NCBI RefSeq assembly: GCF_003945235.1
Contig: NZ_RSDW01000001.1
Location: forward strand, 480,001-512,000
From: Edaphobacter aggregans
Lineage (GTDB): Bacteria; Acidobacteriota; Terriglobia; Terriglobales; Acidobacteriaceae
DNA length: 32,000 nt
Reading direction: 5' to 3'
Both the position numbers and the translations under genes were made by a program. The notes beneath the pieces were generated by a model. The model worked only from the letters and a program-made list of their open reading frames with translations. It ran no database searches and was not told where the DNA came from. Numbering within the stretch: position 1 is the stretch's first letter; every line of letters begins with the position of its first letter. Positions 17,133 to 24,489 of this stretch are shown one piece after another.

Positions 17133-17582
17133 ATGAAGAACTGTTTCCGTCGCTTCGGCGTGCTTTCGTTTGCAGTGATGATCGTTTTCTGCTGTGGGCG
17201 TAGCGCTCATGCGGCGCCGTGCACGACGATGCCCGAGGATCAGGCCAGTGTTGTAGAGGTCATGAGGCAGATGTACGTGGCGACAACAAAGGGTGATCTA
17301 GATGGTTTTAACAAGATCGCTTCGCCAGAGTTCTATGCTTTTGATGGGGGCAAACGATTTGACGGCGATGTGTTGAGGAAGTTGATCAAAGCGGCACACG
17401 AGGCGGGTAAGCGTTCCGGTGGTTCATTTGACGTGGAATGATGCGTGGATTACATATACTAACCGGGGCTCGCTGCAGGATGAGTCAGAAACGAAGAGTC
17501 TATCTGGCTGGAGTCGGCGTTTTTGCATCAAGAAGAGGGTGTGTGGAAGATCCAGTTCTTCCATAGCACTCGCGTTCCTTAG
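17133..17582 (+). pseudogene. Second secreted NTF2-like/DUF4440-type gene, apparently disrupted by two compensating frameshifts
   Basis: The frame-0 ORF 17133-17441 encodes a signal peptide plus MYVATTKGDLDGF...FYAFDGGKRFDG. The family-like continuation VVHLTWNDAWITYTNRGSLQDE reads only in the +1 frame (open from 17386). The terminal WLESAFLHQEEGVWKIQFFHSTRVP* is back in frame 0 (open 17484-17582). Confidence 0.5.
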
Positions 17583-17795
17583 CCCAGGCTGATTAACTGA
17601 GCTGTGCCGTCAATTGTGACAGTATCGGCGATTGATGTTCAGGGTTCTGATGGGACGTGAGTGACAAAGGAAATTACTGCTGGTACGATTTGCGGGTTAG
17701 CGCGATTAAAGGCCATCTCTACCGCTTTACTTCCATGGGACAAGCACTGCGACTGTCGTTCTGCCTCTATTTTTCCAACATAGGAGGAGAGTTCT

Positions 17796-18308
17796 GTGAT
17801 CAGGAAGAATCTTCTAACGATCAGCATGGCAGCAATCGTGATTTTGACTACCGGCTTCGTGCGTCAAAGTCCTGCTCAAACGCCGTCCAACAGCTCGGGC
17901 CAGAGCACTGTAGATCAACAAGTCGACTTACTGCGGAGGGACATTCGCTCGGAGAAGAAGCAGATTATCGCTGCTAACATGCAGCTTACGGACGCAGAGG
18001 CGGAGAAGTTCTGGCCGGTCTATGACCAATACACTGCAGAGCTGGTGAAGATTAATGATACGAAGTATGCGGTTATAAAAGAATATGCGGCCAACTACAA
18101 CACGCTTACTGACGAAAAGGCCGTGGCTTTGACTCGCCAACTGCTGGGCGTCGATCAACAGGTGGCAGAGTTGCGGCTGAAGTATGTGCCGATATTTGGC
18201 AAGGTGGTATCGGGCAAGAAGACCGCATTGTTTTTCCAGTTGGATCGGCGGCTGTTGGCGCTGATTGACCTGCAGGTGGCTTCGGAGCTCCCCATAGTGC
18301 AGCCTTAG
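17796..18308 (+). CDS. Secreted/periplasmic all-helical protein of unknown function (weakly Spy/CpxP-like)
   Basis: 170 aa. A GTG start is preceded by TAGGAGGAG at 17781-17789. It has a signal peptide (ISMAAIVILTTGFVRQSPAQ) and a heptad-like charged helical sequence with LTDAEAEKFWPVYDQY. Confidence 0.75.
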   Translation: MIRKNLLTISMAAIVILTTGFVRQSPAQTPSNSSGQSTVDQQVDLLRRDIRSEKKQIIAANMQLTDAEAEKFWPVYDQYTAELVKINDTKYAVIKEYAANYNTLTDEKAVALTRQLLGVDQQVAELRLKYVPIFGKVVSGKKTALFFQLDRRLLALIDLQVASELPIVQP

Positions 18309-18319
18309 CGTTGAGCGGC

Positions 18320-18347
18320 GCGAAGGTGACCTCCGTAGCCTTCGCGT
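18320..18347 (+). terminator. Possible weak terminator hairpin
   Basis: The stem is cgcgaagg / ccttcgcg (8 bp) with a 12-nt loop. A T-rich tract appears only about 20 nt downstream. Confidence 0.3.
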
Positions 18348-18543
18348 CTGCTTTACCTCATTGTTTTTACACGTGTTAGTGGGAACCGCAGAAAGAAGGA
18401 GTGCACGGGTGCTTGATTAAGCTATAATCCCGGCACCATCGGCTCAACAGTTAGGGAAGTCTTTTAGTTATTCTCCGAGATTCGACGAACGAAGGTTAAG
18501 GTACCTTGGGCCCTTAGTCACGTACGTAAATTGAGGAGGTCAC

Positions 18544-19434
18544 ATGAAGCGCTTTCTTGCCGCGTTACTGCTCGTTCCGTCAGCTTCGTTTGTCGCACAT
18601 GCGGAGCAGCTGATTCCAGCCGGTTCTGTTGTGCAGTGCATGGTGTCCGAACCCCACCTCTCATCTAAGACCGAGCATGTCGGAGACCCGGTGCTGTGCC
18701 AGATGAGCCACAGTGAGATGTACGGTCGATCTGTGTTTCCGTATGGGGCGTATCTGGTCGGGCGCTTCGAAGATTACAAGGACCCCGGGCACTTTGTTGG
18801 CAAAGGTTGGATGGAGTTGAAGTTTGACCGGATGGTTGTGGGCAACGATACGGTGATCCCTATTTCGACGCGCGTGGTTGCTACCTCGGGAAAGAATCCC
18901 GTGGATAAAGATGGCAAGATTCATGGGACGGGGCACGCGGTTCGCGACACCGTCGAGTGGATGATTCCGGTGTTGTGGCCGATCGACCTGATCAACCTGC
19001 CACGGCGTGGACCGTATCCGGAGTTGAAGGCGGAGACTCGTCTGACGGTCCTGATGTTGAATGACTTCGGGATTCCTACGAAGAACGAAGTGCAGAAACA
19101 GCCGGAGATGATCTCGAAGTATAACTATGCAGATAATGAGCCTCAGCAGCAGGCGGCGGCTCCGATCGAACGAGCGTATCCGCAGCAGATGGCGGCTCCG
19201 GTCCAGCAGTCTTATGCCCAGCCCTATGCTCAGCCGAGCCCGACGGTGGTTGTCGTGCAGGCTCCAGCGCCGACGATCATTCAGCAGGCGGCCCCGCAGC
19301 CGGCGGTTTATGCGTATCCTCCTGTGGCTTACGCATATCCAGCTCCGCCTCCGCCGGTGGCTTATGCGTATCCTCCGGGGTATGGATATCCGCCGGTCGC
19401 GTATAGAGGGTATTACCGACCTTACGGCAGATAA
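18544..19434 (+). CDS. Secreted protein with a beta-barrel-like domain and a Gln/Pro/Tyr-rich repetitive C-terminal tail
   Basis: 296 aa. GAGGAGG lies upstream. The signal peptide ends AHAEQ. The core is LIPAGSVVQCMVSEPHLSSKTEHVGDPV...VFPYGAYLVGRF...GKGWMELKF. The tail is AVYAYPPVAYAYPAPPPPVAYAYPPGYGYPPVAYRGYYRPYGR. Confidence 0.75.
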   Translation: MKRFLAALLLVPSASFVAHAEQLIPAGSVVQCMVSEPHLSSKTEHVGDPVLCQMSHSEMYGRSVFPYGAYLVGRFEDYKDPGHFVGKGWMELKFDRMVVGNDTVIPISTRVVATSGKNPVDKDGKIHGTGHAVRDTVEWMIPVLWPIDLINLPRRGPYPELKAETRLTVLMLNDFGIPTKNEVQKQPEMISKYNYADNEPQQQAAAPIERAYPQQMAAPVQQSYAQPYAQPSPTVVVVQAPAPTIIQQAAPQPAVYAYPPVAYAYPAPPPPVAYAYPPGYGYPPVAYRGYYRPYGR

Positions 19435-19450
19435 CGGCTAACGAAAAGAT

Positions 19451-19492
19451 AACGGCGACTACGAGAGTGTGATTCGTAGCCGCCGTTTTTTG
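19451..19492. terminator. Rho-independent terminator between convergent genes
   Basis: The stem is aacggcgactacga / tcgtagccgccgtt (14 bp with 1 mismatch), followed by tttttt. Confidence 0.75.
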
Positions 19493-19508
19493 TGTTGAGA
19501 GCGTTGAA

Positions 19509-20849
19509 CTACTCGCCGTAGTAGTCGAGGCCGAGGTGGGTGATGAGGTCTTCGCCCATGATGTGGCGGAGGGTGTTCTTGAGCTTCATGTGCTGGATGA
19601 AGAGGTCGTGTTCGGGGTAGACGCCGGGTGCGCTGTCGGGGTCCTTGAAGTAGAAGCTTAGCCATTCCTGGATGCCCAGGCCACGCAGGCTGGGTGTGCG
19701 GGCTGCGAGATCCATGAAGAGAATGAGATCGAGGGCCAGCGGTGCAGCGAGGATGGAGTCGCGGCAGAGAAAGTCTACCTTGAGTTGCATTGGATAGCCG
19801 AGCCAGCCGAAAATGTCGATGTTGTCCCAGCCCTCTTTGTTGTCGCCGCGGGGTGGGTAATAGTTGATGCGGACCTTGTGGTAGATGTCCTTGTAGAGGT
19901 CGGGGTGAAGCTCGGGCTGGAAGATGTGTTCGAGGACGCCGAGCTTGGAGACTTCTTTGGTCTTGAAGGAGTCTGGATCGTCGAGGACTTCGCCGTCGCG
20001 GTTGCCGAGGATGTTCGTCGAGTACCAACCACTGACGCCGATGTTGCGGACCTTGAACGCAGGCGCAAGGACGGTCTTGATGAAGGTTTGGCCGGTTTTG
20101 AAGTCCTTGCCGCAGATGGGAGCATTCATCTTTTTGGAGAGCTCCTGCAGGGCGGGGATATCGACGGTGAGGTTCGGTGCACCGTTGGCGAAGGGAATGC
20201 CCTCCTTGAGGGCGGCCCAGGCGTACATCATCGACGGGGAGATGCCAGGGTCGTTTTCGACGAGACCGCGCTCGAAGGCTTCGAGAGTCTGGTGGACGGC
20301 GGTCTGCTCGAGGAAGATTTCGGTGGAGCCACACCAGATCATGACCTGGCGATCGGTCTTGGTCTTGAACTCGGCGATATCGTTGCGGATCTGGTTGGCG
20401 AGGTCGCACTTGTTCTTGCCGATCTTGACCTTCTTGCCTTCGAGACGCTTGACGTAGTGCTGGTCGAAGACGGCGGGCATGGGCTCGATGGACTCGAGGA
20501 AGGGACGGATTTGTTCAAGCTGATCGCGGTCGAGGACTTGGGCGGTTTTGGCGGCGTCGTAGAGGTTGCCGCCAAAGATGTCCCAACCGGTGAAGACGAG
20601 GTCGTCGAGGTCGGCGATGGGAATGAAGTCTTTAATGAGCGGAGTGCGAGCGTCGGTGCGCTTGCCGAGACGGATGGTGCTCATCTGCGAGGTGGAACCG
20701 ATGGGCTTGGCGAGGCCGCGGCGGATAGCTTCTACGCCGGCGATCAGAGTCGTGGCAACAGCTCCCATGCCGGGGATCATGACACCTAGTTTTCCTGTTG
20801 CGGGCTTGATGCTCGCGGCTTCTTGGCTGGCTGAGCCGGTTGTAGACAT
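19509..20849 (-). CDS. ino1: Inositol-3-phosphate synthase (myo-inositol-1-phosphate synthase)
   Basis: 446 aa. It has the N-terminal Rossmann sequence GVMIPGMGAVATTLIAG and conserved MIPS blocks (NGAPN, SGWYSTNILGNRDG, and LKVDFLCRDSILAAPL, which corresponds to the family block W.G.D). Confidence 0.9.
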   Translation of the reverse strand: MSTTGSASQEAASIKPATGKLGVMIPGMGAVATTLIAGVEAIRRGLAKPIGSTSQMSTIRLGKRTDARTPLIKDFIPIADLDDLVFTGWDIFGGNLYDAAKTAQVLDRDQLEQIRPFLESIEPMPAVFDQHYVKRLEGKKVKIGKNKCDLANQIRNDIAEFKTKTDRQVMIWCGSTEIFLEQTAVHQTLEAFERGLVENDPGISPSMMYAWAALKEGIPFANGAPNLTVDIPALQELSKKMNAPICGKDFKTGQTFIKTVLAPAFKVRNIGVSGWYSTNILGNRDGEVLDDPDSFKTKEVSKLGVLEHIFQPELHPDLYKDIYHKVRINYYPPRGDNKEGWDNIDIFGWLGYPMQLKVDFLCRDSILAAPLALDLILFMDLAARTPSLRGLGIQEWLSFYFKDPDSAPGVYPEHDLFIQHMKLKNTLRHIMGEDLITHLGLDYYGE

Positions 20850-21045
20850 GCTTAGGCGATACCCTTCTGTGAGGCAATTTTCCGTTGTGGGCGGAAGAGT
20901 CAGTATCGCTCACAGGAAAGAGGTGGCGCAAATGAAAGGGGGGAATCAGCAGGCGTTAGCGGTTACGCAATTTTGCACGATTGGAGCGGGTTTGCGCTTC
21001 TTTGGTCTTGGATGCTCGAGGATACCTTTGATCAGGAAGTGATTC

Positions 21046-21672
21046 TCACGCGGCTTCGATACGAATGCGGTTCTTCCAGTGGGAGATGACGAACCAGAGG
21101 AAACCAGTGATGATGATGAGTTCGACGCCGAGATGGAAGCGGTGGAAGATAGCTTTGAATCGGGGGTCGGAATTCCACTCGTCGCCTAGCTTCATGCCGA
21201 CGTAGGCCAGCGCGTAGCACCAGGGCCAAGAACCGATGAAGGTGTAGATGTGGAAACGAACCTGGTTCATCTTGGCAACGCCTGCGGGAAAGGCAATGAA
21301 GGTGCGGACGATGGGGAGCATGCGGCCGATCAACACAGCGATAGAGCCGTAGCGTGCGAAAAAATGATCGACGCGGTCGAGGTCGCGCTTGCTGAGGAGC
21401 ATGTAGCTGCCGTAGCGCTCGACCATGGGGCGCCCGCCACGTGCGCCTACCCAATAGGCGGGGACGGAGCCGAGGTTCGAGGCCAGCGATGCGACGGTCG
21501 CCAAGATGATGAGGTCTAACTGATTGTGCGCGAGGGCGTAACCGGCCAGAGGCATGATGACTTCAGACGGGATGGGAATGCAGGCGGATTGGATCGCCAT
21601 GAGGAGGATGACGGCGGGGTATCCGCCGCTAGTGATGAGGCCGACAAGGATTTCGATGAGTTTTTCGGACAT
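21046..21672 (-). CDS. DedA family (SNARE-associated) membrane protein
   Basis: The start is trimmed to the ATG at 21672 (MSEKLIEILVG...). It has the GGYPAVILLMAIQSACIPIPSEVIMPLAGY DedA signature and multiple TM helices. Confidence 0.85.
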   Translation of the reverse strand: MSEKLIEILVGLITSGGYPAVILLMAIQSACIPIPSEVIMPLAGYALAHNQLDLIILATVASLASNLGSVPAYWVGARGGRPMVERYGSYMLLSKRDLDRVDHFFARYGSIAVLIGRMLPIVRTFIAFPAGVAKMNQVRFHIYTFIGSWPWCYALAYVGMKLGDEWNSDPRFKAIFHRFHLGVELIIITGFLWFVISHWKNRIRIEAA

Positions 21673-21741
21673 GCAGGTGCAGTATAGCGGGAGGAAGGAT
21701 GCGTTGGGATGCGCTAGCATTGAAGTGTCAGGAGAATCAAC

Positions 21742-22551
21742 ATGTCGAACCCCGCTACGCCGGCCATTGAAACTGCATCAACAACAACACACGCACCTGC
21801 TGCCGCTGGACGTCCGGCTAGCAGCTATGGTGCGGTGCCGCATGATCCATCCAAGCCGCCAGTGAAGCGGCAGATCGTGTGCTTCAGCTTTTACAAGGTA
21901 ATGCCGGAGTGGCGTCGGCTTCCTGCAGAGGAGAAGGCGGCGCATAAGGCTGCGTTTGCTGAGGTTCTGGCTAAGTGGAACAAGCCGGGGGAGTTTTTGT
22001 CGATGACGTATTCGACGATTGGCACGCGCGGCGATGTGGATATGTGCGTGTGGTCGATTGGGTATGGCGTGGATGAGCTGAACCAGATGCGGAGTGAGTT
22101 GATGCGGACTCCGCTGGGGGGGTATTTGAACTCGCCACACAATTTTTTGGCGATGACGAAGCGGTCGCAGTATCAGATTGACAGGCCGGATGAGAGCGAG
22201 AGCGAAGGGCGCGGGGCGATTCGTCCAGGGGGGCAGAAGTACATTTTTATTTATCCGTTCTGGAAGACTCGGCCTTGGTATCTGCTGCCTGCCACGGAGC
22301 GGAAGCGGTTGATGGATGAGCATATTCGTGTGGGGCTGTCGTATCCGCGGGTGAAACTGAATACTACTTATTCGTTTGGCATTGATGATCAGGAGTTTGT
22401 GGTGGCGTTTGAAACGAATTTTCCTGAGGATTTTCTGGACCTGGTGCAGCAGCTTCGGGAGACGGAGATCAGTATGTATACGCTGCAGGACACGCCTATT
22501 TTTAGCTGCGTGAGGGTTCCGGCCGCGGAGATGCTGGATCGGCTTGGGTAG
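21742..22551 (+). CDS. Chlorite dismutase family protein, a putative coproheme decarboxylase (ChdC/HemQ-like)
   Basis: 269 aa. It shows the ferredoxin-like duplicated fold pattern, with blocks VCFSFYKV..EWRRL and YIFIYPFWKTRPWYLL...ERKRLMDEHIRVG...TYSFGIDDQEFVVAFET. The catalytic assignment is inference. Confidence 0.75.
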   Translation: MSNPATPAIETASTTTHAPAAAGRPASSYGAVPHDPSKPPVKRQIVCFSFYKVMPEWRRLPAEEKAAHKAAFAEVLAKWNKPGEFLSMTYSTIGTRGDVDMCVWSIGYGVDELNQMRSELMRTPLGGYLNSPHNFLAMTKRSQYQIDRPDESESEGRGAIRPGGQKYIFIYPFWKTRPWYLLPATERKRLMDEHIRVGLSYPRVKLNTTYSFGIDDQEFVVAFETNFPEDFLDLVQQLRETEISMYTLQDTPIFSCVRVPAAEMLDRLG

Positions 22552-22566
22552 AGAGATCGACCACGG

Positions 22567-23259
22567 ATGACACGGAAAAGCGCGGATAAAAGACTTGTGA
22601 AGAGAAGGAATCCTACGGATCCTGTGCGGGTCGCGGCGATTTTGAAGGTGTTGCGGGAGACGTATCCGGGGGTGGTGTGTGCCCTTAACCATAAGAATGC
22701 ATGGGAGTTAACTGTGGCGACGATTCTGTCGGCACAGTGTACGGATGTGCGGGTGAATCTGGTGACTCCGGCGCTTTTTAAGACGTTTCCTACGCCTCAA
22801 GCTATGGCGAAGGCTTCTTTGCCGGAGTTGGAGGAGTTGATTCGGACTACCGGATTTTTTCGGAATAAGGCGAAGTCGATTCAGGGGGCGTCGCGGGTGG
22901 TGGTGGAGGAGTTTGGGGGCAAGGTTCCGCAGACTATGGAGGAGATTCTACGGCTGCCGGGGGTGGCTCGGAAGACGGGGAATGTTGTACTCGGGTCTTG
23001 GTTTAAGATTGCGGTGGGAGTTGTTGTAGATACGCATGTTATGCGTTTATCGCGACGGCTTGAATTGACTCGGGAGACGGCTCCGGAGAAGGTGGAGCGG
23101 GATCTGATGAAGATCATTCCGCAGGATCGGTGGATCGATTTTTCGCATGAGCTGATTCATCATGGGCGGCAGGTTTGTGTGGCTCGGAAGCCCCGGTGTG
23201 TGGACTGCACGCTGGAGACGCTTTGTAACTCTTCGGATAAGACGTGGAGCTCGCATTAG
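22567..23259 (+). CDS. nth: Endonuclease III (DNA glycosylase/AP lyase)
   Basis: 230 aa. It has the HhH-GPD motif LPGVARKTGNVVLG, VDTHV, and the 4Fe-4S cluster motif C-x6-C-x2-C-x5-C (CVARKPRCVDCTLETLC). Confidence 0.9.
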   Translation: MTRKSADKRLVKRRNPTDPVRVAAILKVLRETYPGVVCALNHKNAWELTVATILSAQCTDVRVNLVTPALFKTFPTPQAMAKASLPELEELIRTTGFFRNKAKSIQGASRVVVEEFGGKVPQTMEEILRLPGVARKTGNVVLGSWFKIAVGVVVDTHVMRLSRRLELTRETAPEKVERDLMKIIPQDRWIDFSHELIHHGRQVCVARKPRCVDCTLETLCNSSDKTWSSH

Positions 23260-23419
23260 GCGTGTAGCTTGTGGTTTTTGATGGATAGCTAGTGGAGGAA
23301 TGGCTGGATAGTGTGGTTTGTGGTGGTGCTTGTTTTGGGGTTGGGCGGAGAACAAGCAACGGCAGAAGCAGATCCCCTGCGGGGATGACAAGCAAGAAAG
23401 GCAACTGCAAGTCCAGCTT

Positions 23420-24178
23420 TTAGAGGCTTTGGGCCAGGATTTGGACTAGGGCGGGGATGGTGGGTTCGGGGGCTTCGAGGGTTGGGGGATGGCCGAGGTC
23501 ACGGAGGGTTTGGCTGGTGATCGGGCCTATGGAGGCTAGCGTGATGGCTGGGGGGAGGGTGAGGTTGGCGGCTTCGAGGAGAGCGAAAAGGTTGCGGGCG
23601 GTGGAGGCGCTGGTGAAGGTGATGGCGTTGGGGTAGGTGTCGGGGGTGGCGAAGAGACACTGGAGGGCTGGGATGGAGTCGGGGGGGATTTGGTTGCGGT
23701 AGGCAGGGGCTATGGTGACGGTGGCTCCGGCTGCGGTAAGGGCTTCGGGGAGGGTGTCTCGGGCTTCGGCGGCTCGGATGAGGAGGAAGGACTTGCCGGG
23801 GGCTTCAGGGAGGAGAGCTGCGGCGAGGGACTCGGCGACGTATTGCGGGGGGACCAGATCGACTGTGAGACCGATGGCGTTGGCGGCGCTCAGAGTGGCG
23901 GGGCCGATGACGGCGATCTTTTGGGGTAGTTGGGTGAGACGGTGAAACTGGGCTCGACGGTGGAAGGCTTCGACTGCGTTGGCGCTGGTGAAGATGAGCC
24001 AGTCGTAAGTGCGGAGGCAGGTGAGAGTGGCGTCGAGGGCGGAGAAAGAATCGGGCGGAACGATTTCGATAGTGGGGATGAGAATGGGGGTCGCGCCGAG
24101 GGCTTCGAGTTGAGCGGCGAGGTCGGAGGCCTGGTGGCGGGTGCGGGTGATCAGGATGCGTTTGTTTTGGAGGGGCAT
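23420..24178 (-). CDS. hemD: Uroporphyrinogen-III synthase
   Basis: 252 aa. The N-terminus RILITRTRHQASDLAAQLEALGATPILIPTIEI and the two-lobe HEM4 pattern (FTSANAV...; FTSASTA) are present. Confidence 0.85.
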   Translation of the reverse strand: MPLQNKRILITRTRHQASDLAAQLEALGATPILIPTIEIVPPDSFSALDATLTCLRTYDWLIFTSANAVEAFHRRAQFHRLTQLPQKIAVIGPATLSAANAIGLTVDLVPPQYVAESLAAALLPEAPGKSFLLIRAAEARDTLPEALTAAGATVTIAPAYRNQIPPDSIPALQCLFATPDTYPNAITFTSASTARNLFALLEAANLTLPPAITLASIGPITSQTLRDLGHPPTLEAPEPTIPALVQILAQSL

Positions 24179-24489
24179 CTGGTTTTGATTGTAGTTGGGT
24201 GTTGGTCTGGATCGATTCGTGATGAGGCAAGGCGTTGCTTCGGACGCCCCAAAATACCGCTAGGTCAGTAAGGGCGGCTGTTGTACATTTGACGCGATCC
24301 AAGTTCCCTAAAACATCAGAGTTACGTCGCCGGCAGATATTTCTGGTGGTGAAAGAGAGTGATTCTTTGCCCGAAAATCCTCAGTTGCCAATTAATCTTT
24401 CTGACCCTCCAAGATCTCGCGCGACTGGGTACAAGTCGCGGCATGTCGCCAAGCTCAGCAATTTCCCCTTGTTGGGCCGCAGTGCCTTT

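Noticed and set aside
19459-20789. Long alternative-frame (316 aa, minus) and antisense (334 aa, plus) ORFs overlapping inositol-3-phosphate synthase
   Set aside because: They translate to R/P/Q-rich or G/D/V-rich low-information sequence, whereas the MIPS frame is unambiguous.
21778-22692. A 304-aa minus-strand ORF antisense to the chlorite-dismutase-family gene. Similar ORFs occur at 26103-27008 (antisense to the HGSNAT-like gene) and 30360-31274 (antisense to hemC).
   Set aside because: All are R/H/P/Q-rich shadow frames opposite genes with clear family motifs.
23385-23423. A mini-ORF MTSKKGNCKSSF* in the nth-hemD spacer
   Set aside because: It has no SD, overlaps the hemD stop on the other strand, and probably reflects translation of a repeat/hairpin element rather than a gene.
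24235-24489. An 85-aa N-terminal extension of the metallophosphoesterase ORF
   Set aside because: The sequence (MLRTPQNTARSVRAAVVHLTRSKFPKTSELRRRQIF...) is basic and low-information, with no homology-like features. It is treated as 5-prime UTR or intergenic. The true start (24490 versus 24685) is still uncertain.
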